Below are positions 1 to 7,148 of a stretch of DNA of 12,220 nt, in pieces. Position numbers and translations under genes: made by a program. The notes under the pieces were generated by a model that saw only the letters and a program-made list of their open reading frames with translations, was not told the DNA's origin and ran no database searches. The stretch is from assembly GCA_037441385.1 (NCBI GenBank), contig JBBISH010000157.1, forward strand, positions 1 through 12,220, written 5' to 3'. Positions within the stretch are counted from its first letter, which is position 1. Every line of letters starts with the position of its first letter. This DNA is from Myxococcales bacterium (lineage in GTDB: Bacteria; Myxococcota_A; UBA9042).

Positions 1-63
1 AGTGCCAAGGATCGCACAGGTTTCCAACACATGTACGGCGTTAGTAGCCACCCGGTAAGGCAG

Positions 64-118
64 GCAAAGAGGGCTAGTAGAGGGCGTGCAAAGGGGGCTA
101 GCTGGGGTCTGCAGACCC
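64..118. promoter_or_regulatory. Candidate operator region: 14-bp direct repeat plus 14-bp perfect palindrome upstream of the three-gene unit
   Basis: GCAAAGAGGGCTAG (64-77) and GCAAAGGGGGCTAG (88-101) are 13/14 identical with a 24-bp period. GGGTCTGCAGACCC (105-118) is a perfect palindrome. The regulatory role is inferred from position only. Confidence 0.3.
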
Positions 119-175
119 GCGCGGTACGCGTTTCTCCTTCCCACGCGCGCCTGCTCGGGCTATTCTGGCGACATC

Positions 176-181
176 AGGAGG
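176..181 (+). promoter_or_regulatory. Shine-Dalgarno site for the CDS at 189
   Basis: AGGAGG lies 7 nt before the GTG at 189. Confidence 0.75.
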
Positions 182-188
182 TTGTGCC

Positions 189-1700
189 GTGCCTACCACC
201 CCAGCGTCGACCAGTTCTGCCCCTGCTTCTCCTGGACGTGGCGCCGCCCCTGCCCGTGCGCCCGCAGCGCCCGCGCGCACTCCCGCCGCCGGCACCGACA
301 CCAGCGCCGCCCCGCCCGCCACTGCGCCGGCCCCGCTGACCGAGGCAACGGCACGCGCCGAAATCGTCAAAGCTGACGCGAGTTTGGCTGATATTGCCCA
401 GCCGCTGGCGCAAAAGCTGGCCTCGGCCGGCAAGACCGCCGACCAGTTCGCTGCGGACTACGGCAGCCCTGGGCTGCTGACCCACGCGGCGGTCGACGCC
501 TTCATGCAAGTGGGCCCCGCGGCCGCGCAAGCCAAGGCAGTCGGCGCGCCGGACCCGATCGCGGTGCAGAAATTCTCGGAATTGGACAGCGAGCAGCACC
601 TGTCGGACCCCAGCCTGGTGCCCACCTACTACACCGAGCTGGCGACCGAGCTGAAAAAGGCCACGTTCACGGACCGTACCCACACCTACGAGGCGATGAA
701 ACGGGCCCGCGGCCACAAGTACTGCTTCAAAGGCAACCCGATCCCGGCCGACCGCATCGCGCGCTTCAGCACGCGCAACCAATCGGTCGAGACGCTCTAC
801 AAGTCGGCCAAAGGCGTGCACCTGGGGCAGATTCAGGCCCGCGTAGAGAGCGAGCTGCGCGCCAAGGGCGTGACCTCGCAGCCAGCCATCGACCGCGCCA
901 AGAACGACGAGGCGATGCAGCGCAAGGCCTACCGGCACCTGCTGGCCGGCGGCACTCCGGTCAAGTCCACCATCGATACCAGTGTGCCCATCACCAGTTA
1001 CGGCACCTGGTACCACCCGATGGAGATCCAGCCCGCGCAGCTGGCCGGCAGCGCCGAGACGGTGTACGCGCGCATGATGCGCCTGGGCGCCCTGCAGCCC
1101 GAGTGGTACCCGGACGGCACAGTGGTGCTGTCGATCGACACGGCGCTGGCGACCCGCACACGCGAAGTCCGCAAGCCCACAGTCTTTGACGGCCTGTTGA
1201 GCGCCGTCTGGACCGCCCGCAACATGAGCGAGGACGACTACGGTCTGACCGGCGGCGGCGCGGCCGAGTTCTTGGAGAGCAACGTGACCTGGGCCGAGGT
1301 GACCAACGCCCACGCCGTGGTGCCGAACGACGACTTCTTGGCGGATATCGCGCGGGTGGCGTCGCAGGTCTCGAACGCCTTGGAACCCGGCGTCGCGGCA
1401 CGCAATCGCGAGATGTCGCCGGTGGCCGAGATGGCGCGCGGCAACACCGCCAACACGTCGATCCTGAACACGTCGCCGGCCGTACGCGGCATGTACCAAG
1501 ACCTGATGGCGGACACGACTCTGGAGATGAACCGCCCGGGCGCCGCGCCGGTGATTCCCAGCGCGCGTCAGCAAAATGCCAGCCCTGGGGCCGTGCCCAC
1601 CGCGCCCGCCGTGGCGCCGCGCGGGGCCTACGACCGCGTCAGCGGCCCGCGCCCGAACGCGCCGACCACGGGCAGCGCCGCGACCAGCCCCCGTCCATAA
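189..1700 (+). CDS. Hypothetical protein (503 aa); putative toxin/effector with a possible ADP-ribosyltransferase/NAD glycohydrolase-like central domain
   Basis: Strong SD and GC3-biased codons. Pro/Ala/Thr low-complexity N-terminus (aa ~1-50) and C-terminus (aa ~450-503). The core has YGTWYHP (271-277), GALQPEWY (300-307), RKPTVFDG (328-335) and GLTGGGAAEFL (352-362). The CDS is secure; the function is a tentative inference. Confidence 0.85.
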   Translation: MPTTPASTSSAPASPGRGAAPARAPAAPARTPAAGTDTSAAPPATAPAPLTEATARAEIVKADASLADIAQPLAQKLASAGKTADQFAADYGSPGLLTHAAVDAFMQVGPAAAQAKAVGAPDPIAVQKFSELDSEQHLSDPSLVPTYYTELATELKKATFTDRTHTYEAMKRARGHKYCFKGNPIPADRIARFSTRNQSVETLYKSAKGVHLGQIQARVESELRAKGVTSQPAIDRAKNDEAMQRKAYRHLLAGGTPVKSTIDTSVPITSYGTWYHPMEIQPAQLAGSAETVYARMMRLGALQPEWYPDGTVVLSIDTALATRTREVRKPTVFDGLLSAVWTARNMSEDDYGLTGGGAAEFLESNVTWAEVTNAHAVVPNDDFLADIARVASQVSNALEPGVAARNREMSPVAEMARGNTANTSILNTSPAVRGMYQDLMADTTLEMNRPGAAPVIPSARQQNASPGAVPTAPAVAPRGAYDRVSGPRPNAPTTGSAATSPRP

Positions 1701-1703
1701 GTC

Positions 1704-2651
1704 ATGGAGACCCAGCGCATCGAACTGCGCGCCGGCACGACTCCCCTGGCTTTTGCCAGTGCTCGCGAGCTGTTGAGTGCCCTGGACACCTCGCTGGAAG
1801 AGGGGCGGGGCTACGGCGACCCCATCGTCCGCTTCGGCCACGACGACAGCGAGCCAGCGTGGCTGTGGTTGGACCGGCTGCTGGCCCAGCGCAGCGACTG
1901 GCGCGATTGTGTGGCGGTGGCCCTGCAACATGCGGTGGTGGATGGCGATGCGCTGGTCCGGCAGGCGTTTGCGGATGTCCTGGCCAGCTCGCGGCAACTG
2001 GCGGTGCTGGAGCCTTGGGACTGGCCGCTGGTAGATCTGCTGGGGCCGCTGACCGTGCGCCACGCCGAGCTGGCTTGGGGCTTGGGCGCGCGACCGCCGC
2101 TGCAGGCGGTCTTGGCCGGGCAGCAGGCCTGGCTGGCCCAGATTCGCATGGCGGATTTTCTGGTGCCGACCGAAGGGGCAATGGGGCCCAAGGCGAGTCA
2201 CCTGCCGCTGCGTACTGCCGCGGACTTGCAGACGCTTTTGCAGCGCAGTGCCGAGCGGGGCAAGTTCGTCGAGACGCCGTGGGGCAACGGTCCGCTGGCG
2301 TGGCTGCATTTGGCTGTCTTGGCGCGGCCGTGGGTCCAGGCCGAGCTGCCGCTGTGCCTGGAGCGGGCTCTGACCGGGCCAGACGCGCTGCGGCGAGTTG
2401 CGCTGGACTGGCTGCTGGATGGGCGCGACTTGTGGCGTTATGTCCAGCTGTTGGATGACTTGGTCGCGCATCACCCCACCTGGTGGGACGAGCCGGCCGC
2501 CGCCAAGCCCGCGGGATGGCAACGGCCGATCCGCGTGGCGCCGCAGCAGGCTCGCACGTTGGGCCATGTGGTGGCATTCTTGCGAGCTCAAGCCCACGCC
2601 CAGTTGGCGACCCCGCCGGTGCTGGACCTGCCCCTGCTGGGGACGAGCTGA
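1704..2651 (+). CDS. Hypothetical alpha-helical, Leu/Trp-rich protein (315 aa) with an internal duplication; candidate immunity/partner protein
   Basis: The ATG is 3 nt after the upstream TAA with no obvious SD, suggesting translational coupling. Residues ~15-99 align by eye with ~167-243. No signal peptide or clear TM segment. Confidence 0.8.
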   Translation: METQRIELRAGTTPLAFASARELLSALDTSLEEGRGYGDPIVRFGHDDSEPAWLWLDRLLAQRSDWRDCVAVALQHAVVDGDALVRQAFADVLASSRQLAVLEPWDWPLVDLLGPLTVRHAELAWGLGARPPLQAVLAGQQAWLAQIRMADFLVPTEGAMGPKASHLPLRTAADLQTLLQRSAERGKFVETPWGNGPLAWLHLAVLARPWVQAELPLCLERALTGPDALRRVALDWLLDGRDLWRYVQLLDDLVAHHPTWWDEPAAAKPAGWQRPIRVAPQQARTLGHVVAFLRAQAHAQLATPPVLDLPLLGTS

Positions 2652-2692
2652 CCGGCGCCGGGCGCAGCCGCGCAAGCACGACGAGGAACTCG

Positions 2693-4735
2693 ATGACGAC
2701 GCAAGCAGAACTGCCGGCCCAGGCCGAGCCCCAGCCGTATCCCGCCCTGTCGGCCGCCAGCGTGCAGCGCACCGCCGCGCTGTGGGTGCTGTGCGGGCGG
2801 GCCCTGGGACTGGCTGAATTTACGGCCGAAGACGGCCCGCTGCCCGTCGACGAGCCCAGCCTGCTGGGGCTGGCGGCCGAGCTGCTCGAGCTGTCGGACC
2901 AGGCGGCGCGGGCGCTGGAAGTGCTGGCCTGTACTCAGCTTGCCCCCAGCTGCGCGGTCTTGGGCCAACGGGTGGCGCAGGCGCTGGGGCGCGACGAGGC
3001 GCTGCGCATCGATGTACTGGATCTGGCCTTTGCGTCTGCGGATTTGGGTGCCGGGCTGGCGAGCGCGATGCTGGGCGACGGCGGCGAGCTGCGCCTGACC
3101 GGTGCAGCGGTGGCCAAGGGCGAGAGCTGCCGGGTGGGCCGGGTCCTGCTGCGATTCTTGGTCGGCGGTGCGGCGAGCAGTCCGCTCGAGCCGTTCTATG
3201 TGCCGCGGTGGCTGCCCGAATCGGCTGCAGAAACAGCAGGTCGAGCCGGTTGGGCCGACGTCTTGGAACGGCTGTTGGCCGGCGGGCGGCCGGTGCTGGT
3301 GTCCGGCATGGCCGGCTTGGGCGCCGATGGTCTGGCCGCGACGGTGGCTGGGCGGCGCGGCGTGCCCCTGCGGCAAGTGGACCTGGCGGCGGTGTTCGAC
3401 GCAGCGACGGGCCTGCCGACCGAGCTGATGGCGCAGCTGCACGCGCAAGCCCGCTTAGAGGCTGCGATTTGGCTGGTGGTGGGCCTGGACCGGGCCGCAG
3501 CGGCGATGTCTGAAAAGCCGCTTGCGGTGGTGCGGCTGGCCGACCGGCTGACGGCCTTGCGACGGCCGCTGGCGCTGGTCCACGAAGGGCCGATGCCCGC
3601 AGAGTTGGCGCAAAAGCTGGCGGTAACTGCGGGGTTGCCGCACCTGGAAGTGGCGCCGCTGGACCTGGCCGAGCGGACCGAGCAATGGTCGACGGCGCTG
3701 CAAGCGGTGGGGTTTGCGCCGGAGCCGAGCCAAGAGCACGCGGCCGAGATCGCGCATCTGGGCATGGGGCCTACGCAAATCGCCGTGGCCGCCGCCCACG
3801 TGGCCCAGCAAGCGCAAGCCCGGCAGGCGACGGCCTTGGCGCGCGGCATCGCCCTGCCCGCCTTCGTGCCCACTCGCAGCGAGCTCCGCACCGCCGCCAC
3901 TACCGCCATGACCGCCGGCCTGCGCCGCTATGGCTCGCGCGTCGACACCACCTCGACGTGGGCGGACCTGGTCTTGCCCGACGAGGTCTTGTCGCAGATC
4001 AAGGACTTGTCGCGCTTCGCCCGGCTGCGGAAGAAGCTGTTCGATGACTTGGGCTTTGGCGACGGGCCGGGCTACGGGCGGGCGCTGTCGGCCATGTTCA
4101 GCGGCCCGTCGGGCACCGGCAAGACGATGGTGGCCGGCCTCATCGCCAAAGAAATCGGCGTAGAGCTGTACCGCGTCGACCTGTCGCGGGTGGTCAGCAA
4201 ATACATCGGCGAGACCGAAGAGCGGCTGGGCCAGCTGTTTGCCGAAGCGACCCAAGTGGGCGCAGCGCTGCTCTTTGACGAGGCCGACTCGATGTTCGGC
4301 GCGCGCACCGAGATTCGCAGCAGCAACGACCGCTACGCCAATCTGGAGGTCAACTACCTGCTGCAGCGGCTTGAGGAATTCGACGGCGTCATCATCTTGA
4401 CCACCAACTTTGCCGCCTCGATCGACGAAGCCTTTGTGCGCCGCTTGCGCTTCCGCGTGCAGTTTCCATTCCCTGGGCCCGAAGAGCGCGCCAAGCTGTG
4501 GGAGGCGGTGCTGCCCGCCAAGCTGCCGACCGAGGACGACCTGGACTTCGAGTGGCTGGGCGAGGCCTTCGAGCTGTCGGGTGGACACATCCGCAACGCC
4601 ATGTTGCGCGCCGGCATGCTCGCCGCCGACGCGTCGGGCACGCTGACGATGCGGATGCTGTACGACGCGGCCGCCGTGGAGTACCGCGAACTGGGCAAGC
4701 TGCCGGTGGCGTACCCGTTCTCAGACGATTGGTAG
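2693..4735 (+). CDS. AAA+ ATPase, Afp15/Pvc15-like (eCIS-associated type), 680 aa
   Basis: Start moved from 2483 to the ATG at 2693 (GAGGA at 2683-2687; avoids overlap with the upstream gene). Intact Walker A GPSGTGKT (4103-4126), pore loop VVSKYIGETE, Walker B LLFDEAD (4268-4288), subfamily signature DRYANLEVNYLLQRLE, sensor-1 LTTN and arginine-finger region DEAFVRR. A degenerate first AAA module has GMAGLGAD (3305-3328). Confidence 0.92.
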   Translation: MTTQAELPAQAEPQPYPALSAASVQRTAALWVLCGRALGLAEFTAEDGPLPVDEPSLLGLAAELLELSDQAARALEVLACTQLAPSCAVLGQRVAQALGRDEALRIDVLDLAFASADLGAGLASAMLGDGGELRLTGAAVAKGESCRVGRVLLRFLVGGAASSPLEPFYVPRWLPESAAETAGRAGWADVLERLLAGGRPVLVSGMAGLGADGLAATVAGRRGVPLRQVDLAAVFDAATGLPTELMAQLHAQARLEAAIWLVVGLDRAAAAMSEKPLAVVRLADRLTALRRPLALVHEGPMPAELAQKLAVTAGLPHLEVAPLDLAERTEQWSTALQAVGFAPEPSQEHAAEIAHLGMGPTQIAVAAAHVAQQAQARQATALARGIALPAFVPTRSELRTAATTAMTAGLRRYGSRVDTTSTWADLVLPDEVLSQIKDLSRFARLRKKLFDDLGFGDGPGYGRALSAMFSGPSGTGKTMVAGLIAKEIGVELYRVDLSRVVSKYIGETEERLGQLFAEATQVGAALLFDEADSMFGARTEIRSSNDRYANLEVNYLLQRLEEFDGVIILTTNFAASIDEAFVRRLRFRVQFPFPGPEERAKLWEAVLPAKLPTEDDLDFEWLGEAFELSGGHIRNAMLRAGMLAADASGTLTMRMLYDAAAVEYRELGKLPVAYPFSDDW

Positions 4736-4739
4736 AGTC

Positions 4740-4788
4740 CCGACAATCCGCCGAGTATCCCTTGTCGGTTGAGCTTTGCGCAGGGCTC
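4740..4788 (+). terminator. Two weak adjacent hairpins just after the ATPase stop
   Basis: CCGACAA (4740-4746) pairs with TTGTCGG (4762-4768). GAGCTTTGCGCAGGGCTC (4771-4788) is an imperfect palindrome. No clean U-tract. Confidence 0.2.
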
Positions 4789-4846
4789 CACTACCCATGC
4801 CGGACACCACGGCGCTTCGACCGTCTGTGCGACACGGGAGGCAAGG

Positions 4847-5230
4847 ATGTTCTTGATTCGTGAAGACTTGAAGAAGAAGTGCGCACCGCTGGCGCTGGCG
4901 GCGACTTGCCTGTGCCAAGGCAGCGAAGACTGCAGCAGCTGCAGCAAAGACTGCGGCGCCTGCCCGTGCGGCGACGGCAAGTGCACCTCGGGCGAAGACT
5001 GCGCCAAGTGCCCCGGCGACTGCGGCGCCTGCCAGTGCGGCAACGGCAAGTGCGAGCCCGGCGAGACCGCCACCAACTGCGCGGCCGACTGCAAGGTCAG
5101 CGGCGTGGTCTGCAACGGCAAGTGCGGCGACGCGAGCAAGGAAGCGGACGGCAGCACCTGCTGGTGCGACGACCTCTGCATCGAGAACAGCGACTGCTGC
5201 AGCGACTTCGACACCTACTGCGCGCCGTAA
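4847..5230 (+). CDS. Small cysteine-rich protein (127 aa, 25 Cys): CG[D/N]GxC repeats plus a C-terminal somatomedin-B-like domain; possibly a 5'-truncated remnant
   Basis: GGAGG at 4837-4841 precedes the ATG at 4847. Contains 23-aa repeats (CxxxEDCxxCxxDCGACxCG[DN]GK). The C-terminus CNGKC..CWCDDLCIENSDCCSDFDTYC fits the SMB pattern C-x3-C-xn-C-x-C-x3-C-x5-CC-x-D-[YF]-x3-C. The start is uncertain. Confidence 0.7.
   Translation: MFLIREDLKKKCAPLALAATCLCQGSEDCSSCSKDCGACPCGDGKCTSGEDCAKCPGDCGACQCGNGKCEPGETATNCAADCKVSGVVCNGKCGDASKEADGSTCWCDDLCIENSDCCSDFDTYCAP
4913..5092 (+). repeat. Coding tandem repeat, 69-bp period, about 2.6 copies
   Basis: 4949-4984 and 5018-5053 are 34/36 identical (GACTGCGGCGCCTGCCmGTGCGGCrACGGCAAGTGC). 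Confidence 0.85.
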
Positions 5231-5237
5231 CCGCGGC

Positions 5238-7148
5238 CTACTTGCTATACAGGTACGCTTCGATCGGGCCGAACGACACCACGTTCTGGTTGTAGGCCAC
5301 GCCTTCGTTGCTGCTGACCGCGCCGCCCATGAAGTAGGCCCGGCCATTCAACATCGCAATCTTGAAGCGGTTGTAGCCGGCCGAATTGGGGATGGGCGGC
5401 AAGAACGTCGTGCGGCTCGACCAGGTCTGGCTGTCCACGTCGTACACGCGCAGGTCGCGCTCTTTGCTGTCCCAGCCGCACCAGACGTAGATGGAGCGCC
5501 CGACCACATAGGCAAAGCCGTCGGTCACGCCGTCAGGCATGTTCGCCAGACTTTCCCAGGTGTTGGTGGCGGGGTCGTAGCGGCGCAGGGCGACGCGGTC
5601 CGGAGAGTAGGCCCCGCCGATGACGTACAACTTGCCATCCAGCTCTGCCGTGGCGTGGTCTTCGCCGCCGCCGCCGGGCACTGCCGCACCGGTGCTCCAT
5701 TTGGCCGTGACCGGGTCATAGATCTGGGTGGCACCTGAGCTGCCCGCAAAGAAGTAGGCCTTGCCGCCGTAGGCAATGCCCCACGACGCGATGCTGGCCA
5801 CCGGCATGGGCGTCAAGGCGGTCCACTTGTCGGTGGCCGGATCGTACGACTCAAAGGCCGCCGAGGCCACCTGAGCATTGACGCCGCCGGCAACATAGAT
5901 GACGTCGTTGAGGACCACCCAAGGATTCCAGCCGCGCGCGGTGGGCATGGGCGCCTTGGTCGTCCAGGTGTCCGTGTCGGGGTCGTACATTTCGTTCAGC
6001 TTGCTGCCGCCATCAAAGTGAGCCGGGCCACCGCCGCCGATGACATAGGCACGGTTCTTGACCACCGCCACAGTTGGGTGCAACCGCCCAGTGGGCAAGT
6101 TCTTGTGCGCAATCCAGTTGCGCTCGCCCTTCAGGTCGATGCTGTAGCCATAGCGCTTGTAGCCCGCGTCCAACAGCGACTGGTCGTAGGGCGACGGACT
6201 GATGAGCAGCGCCGAAGTCGGCAGCAAGCCCGCGCCCTTGGCCAGCTTGGCCGCAGTGATGGTGCCGTCGGCAATCTTGTCCCCGGTGATGGTGCCATTG
6301 GCGATCTTGTCGCCGGTGACCGCGCCGTTGACGATCTGCTCGGTACTCACCGCTCCGGCGGCCAGCTTGGCCTTGGTCACCGAGGCATCGGCCAGCTGAT
6401 CGGTACCGACACAACCGGTACACTGCAAACCCTTGGCTACGTCAGCCGTTTTGGCCGTGTCCGCTGCGCCAGCCGTATCGGCAGCCTTGGCCTTGTCGGC
6501 ACTGAGGGCGTGGGTGGCATCATCGGCAAAGCCTGCATTTTCAGCGAGTTTTGCCTGCTCCGCCAGCTTGGCCGTGTTGGCGCCGATGGCGAAGCTGGCT
6601 GCCCCACCTGGCTGGTCCGACGCGGCCCAAGGGAAATTGACGTGATTGGCGCCGATCGCAAAATTGGCAATCTTGTCGCCGGTAATGGCGGCCTTGGCAA
6701 TCGCCGCACTGGTCACGCAGCCCGAGCACTGCAGGTCAAGCGATTGGGCCGCCGTCCAGGCGTGTGCGGCATACGGGACGCGCTGCAACGGCTGGCGCGG
6801 AAGTTCCGCTTCTACGCCCACTTGGACGCCGATCCACAGGGCCTTGCCGTCGGCGAACAGCGAACTGTCCAGCTTGGTGTCGGCCGCGCCCAGTGCCACG
6901 GCGAACACGCCGCCGTTGACGTTGATGCCCAAGAACAATTCCTTGTACAGCGCCGTTCCGCCCGTGGCCTGGTCGTAGATGGACAGCGCCATGGGGTAGC
7001 TACCGTCGCTGACGGGGCCGCCGCTGGTGCTGATCAGACGCCCTTGGGCGGCCAATTGCATCGGCGCGGCCATCGCCACGGCCGAAGCCAAGCCGCCAAG
7101 ACCAAGCACGGCCATCGCGAGCAGGTGCCGAATACGCGCGTGTAGCAT
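5238..7148 (-). CDS. Secreted fibre/adhesin-like protein with a C-terminal six-bladed Kelch beta-propeller (636 aa)
   Basis: Start moved to the ATG at 7148, which gives a Sec signal (MLHARIRHLLAMAVLGLGGLASAVAMA). The N-domain QGRL..GGPV..YD..TGG..L..E..V.GGVFAVALG..LWIGVQV...PRQPL.RVPYA is typical of bacterial tail-fibre-like surface proteins. It has two LQCxGCV motifs, 10-aa xxTxxK[IL]AxG repeats, and six Kelch blades (Y.[IAM]GG...YDP....W) at ~5260-6116. Confidence 0.88.
   Translation of the reverse strand: MLHARIRHLLAMAVLGLGGLASAVAMAAPMQLAAQGRLISTSGGPVSDGSYPMALSIYDQATGGTALYKELFLGINVNGGVFAVALGAADTKLDSSLFADGKALWIGVQVGVEAELPRQPLQRVPYAAHAWTAAQSLDLQCSGCVTSAAIAKAAITGDKIANFAIGANHVNFPWAASDQPGGAASFAIGANTAKLAEQAKLAENAGFADDATHALSADKAKAADTAGAADTAKTADVAKGLQCTGCVGTDQLADASVTKAKLAAGAVSTEQIVNGAVTGDKIANGTITGDKIADGTITAAKLAKGAGLLPTSALLISPSPYDQSLLDAGYKRYGYSIDLKGERNWIAHKNLPTGRLHPTVAVVKNRAYVIGGGGPAHFDGGSKLNEMYDPDTDTWTTKAPMPTARGWNPWVVLNDVIYVAGGVNAQVASAAFESYDPATDKWTALTPMPVASIASWGIAYGGKAYFFAGSSGATQIYDPVTAKWSTGAAVPGGGGEDHATAELDGKLYVIGGAYSPDRVALRRYDPATNTWESLANMPDGVTDGFAYVVGRSIYVWCGWDSKERDLRVYDVDSQTWSSRTTFLPPIPNSAGYNRFKIAMLNGRAYFMGGAVSSNEGVAYNQNVVSFGPIEAYLYSK

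Noticed and set aside
1..10. TTGGCAC on the minus strand (possible sigma54 -24 box for a divergent gene)
   Set aside because: The -12 element would lie outside the window, so it cannot be evaluated.
174..2675. 833-aa minus-strand ORF
   Set aside because: It is the antisense shadow of ORF1 and ORF2, which share a frame and have strong GC3 bias. It is Arg/Gly/His-rich with no motifs.
2483..2692. ORF-track N-terminal extensions (also 7149-7274, 8484-8507, 10016-10447 and 11323-11595)
   Set aside because: Downstream ATGs have SD sites and/or restore signal peptides and family N-termini. Several extensions overlap neighbouring genes.
2693..4735. Calling the ATPase FtsH, ClpV or Cdc48
   Set aside because: It has no TM or zinc-protease domain, no Clp N-domain, and only one intact AAA module. 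The DRYAN/YLLQR signature points to the Afp15/Pvc15-like subfamily.
4847..4915. Lipoprotein signal in the Cys-rich protein (KKKCAPLALAATC)
   Set aside because: The hydrophobic region is too short and AATC does not fit the [LVI][ASTVI][GAS]C lipobox.
5238..7148. Prophage or eCIS tail-fibre gene belonging to the ATPase cassette
   Set aside because: It has a Sec signal peptide, is convergent with the cassette, and no phage structural genes are present.
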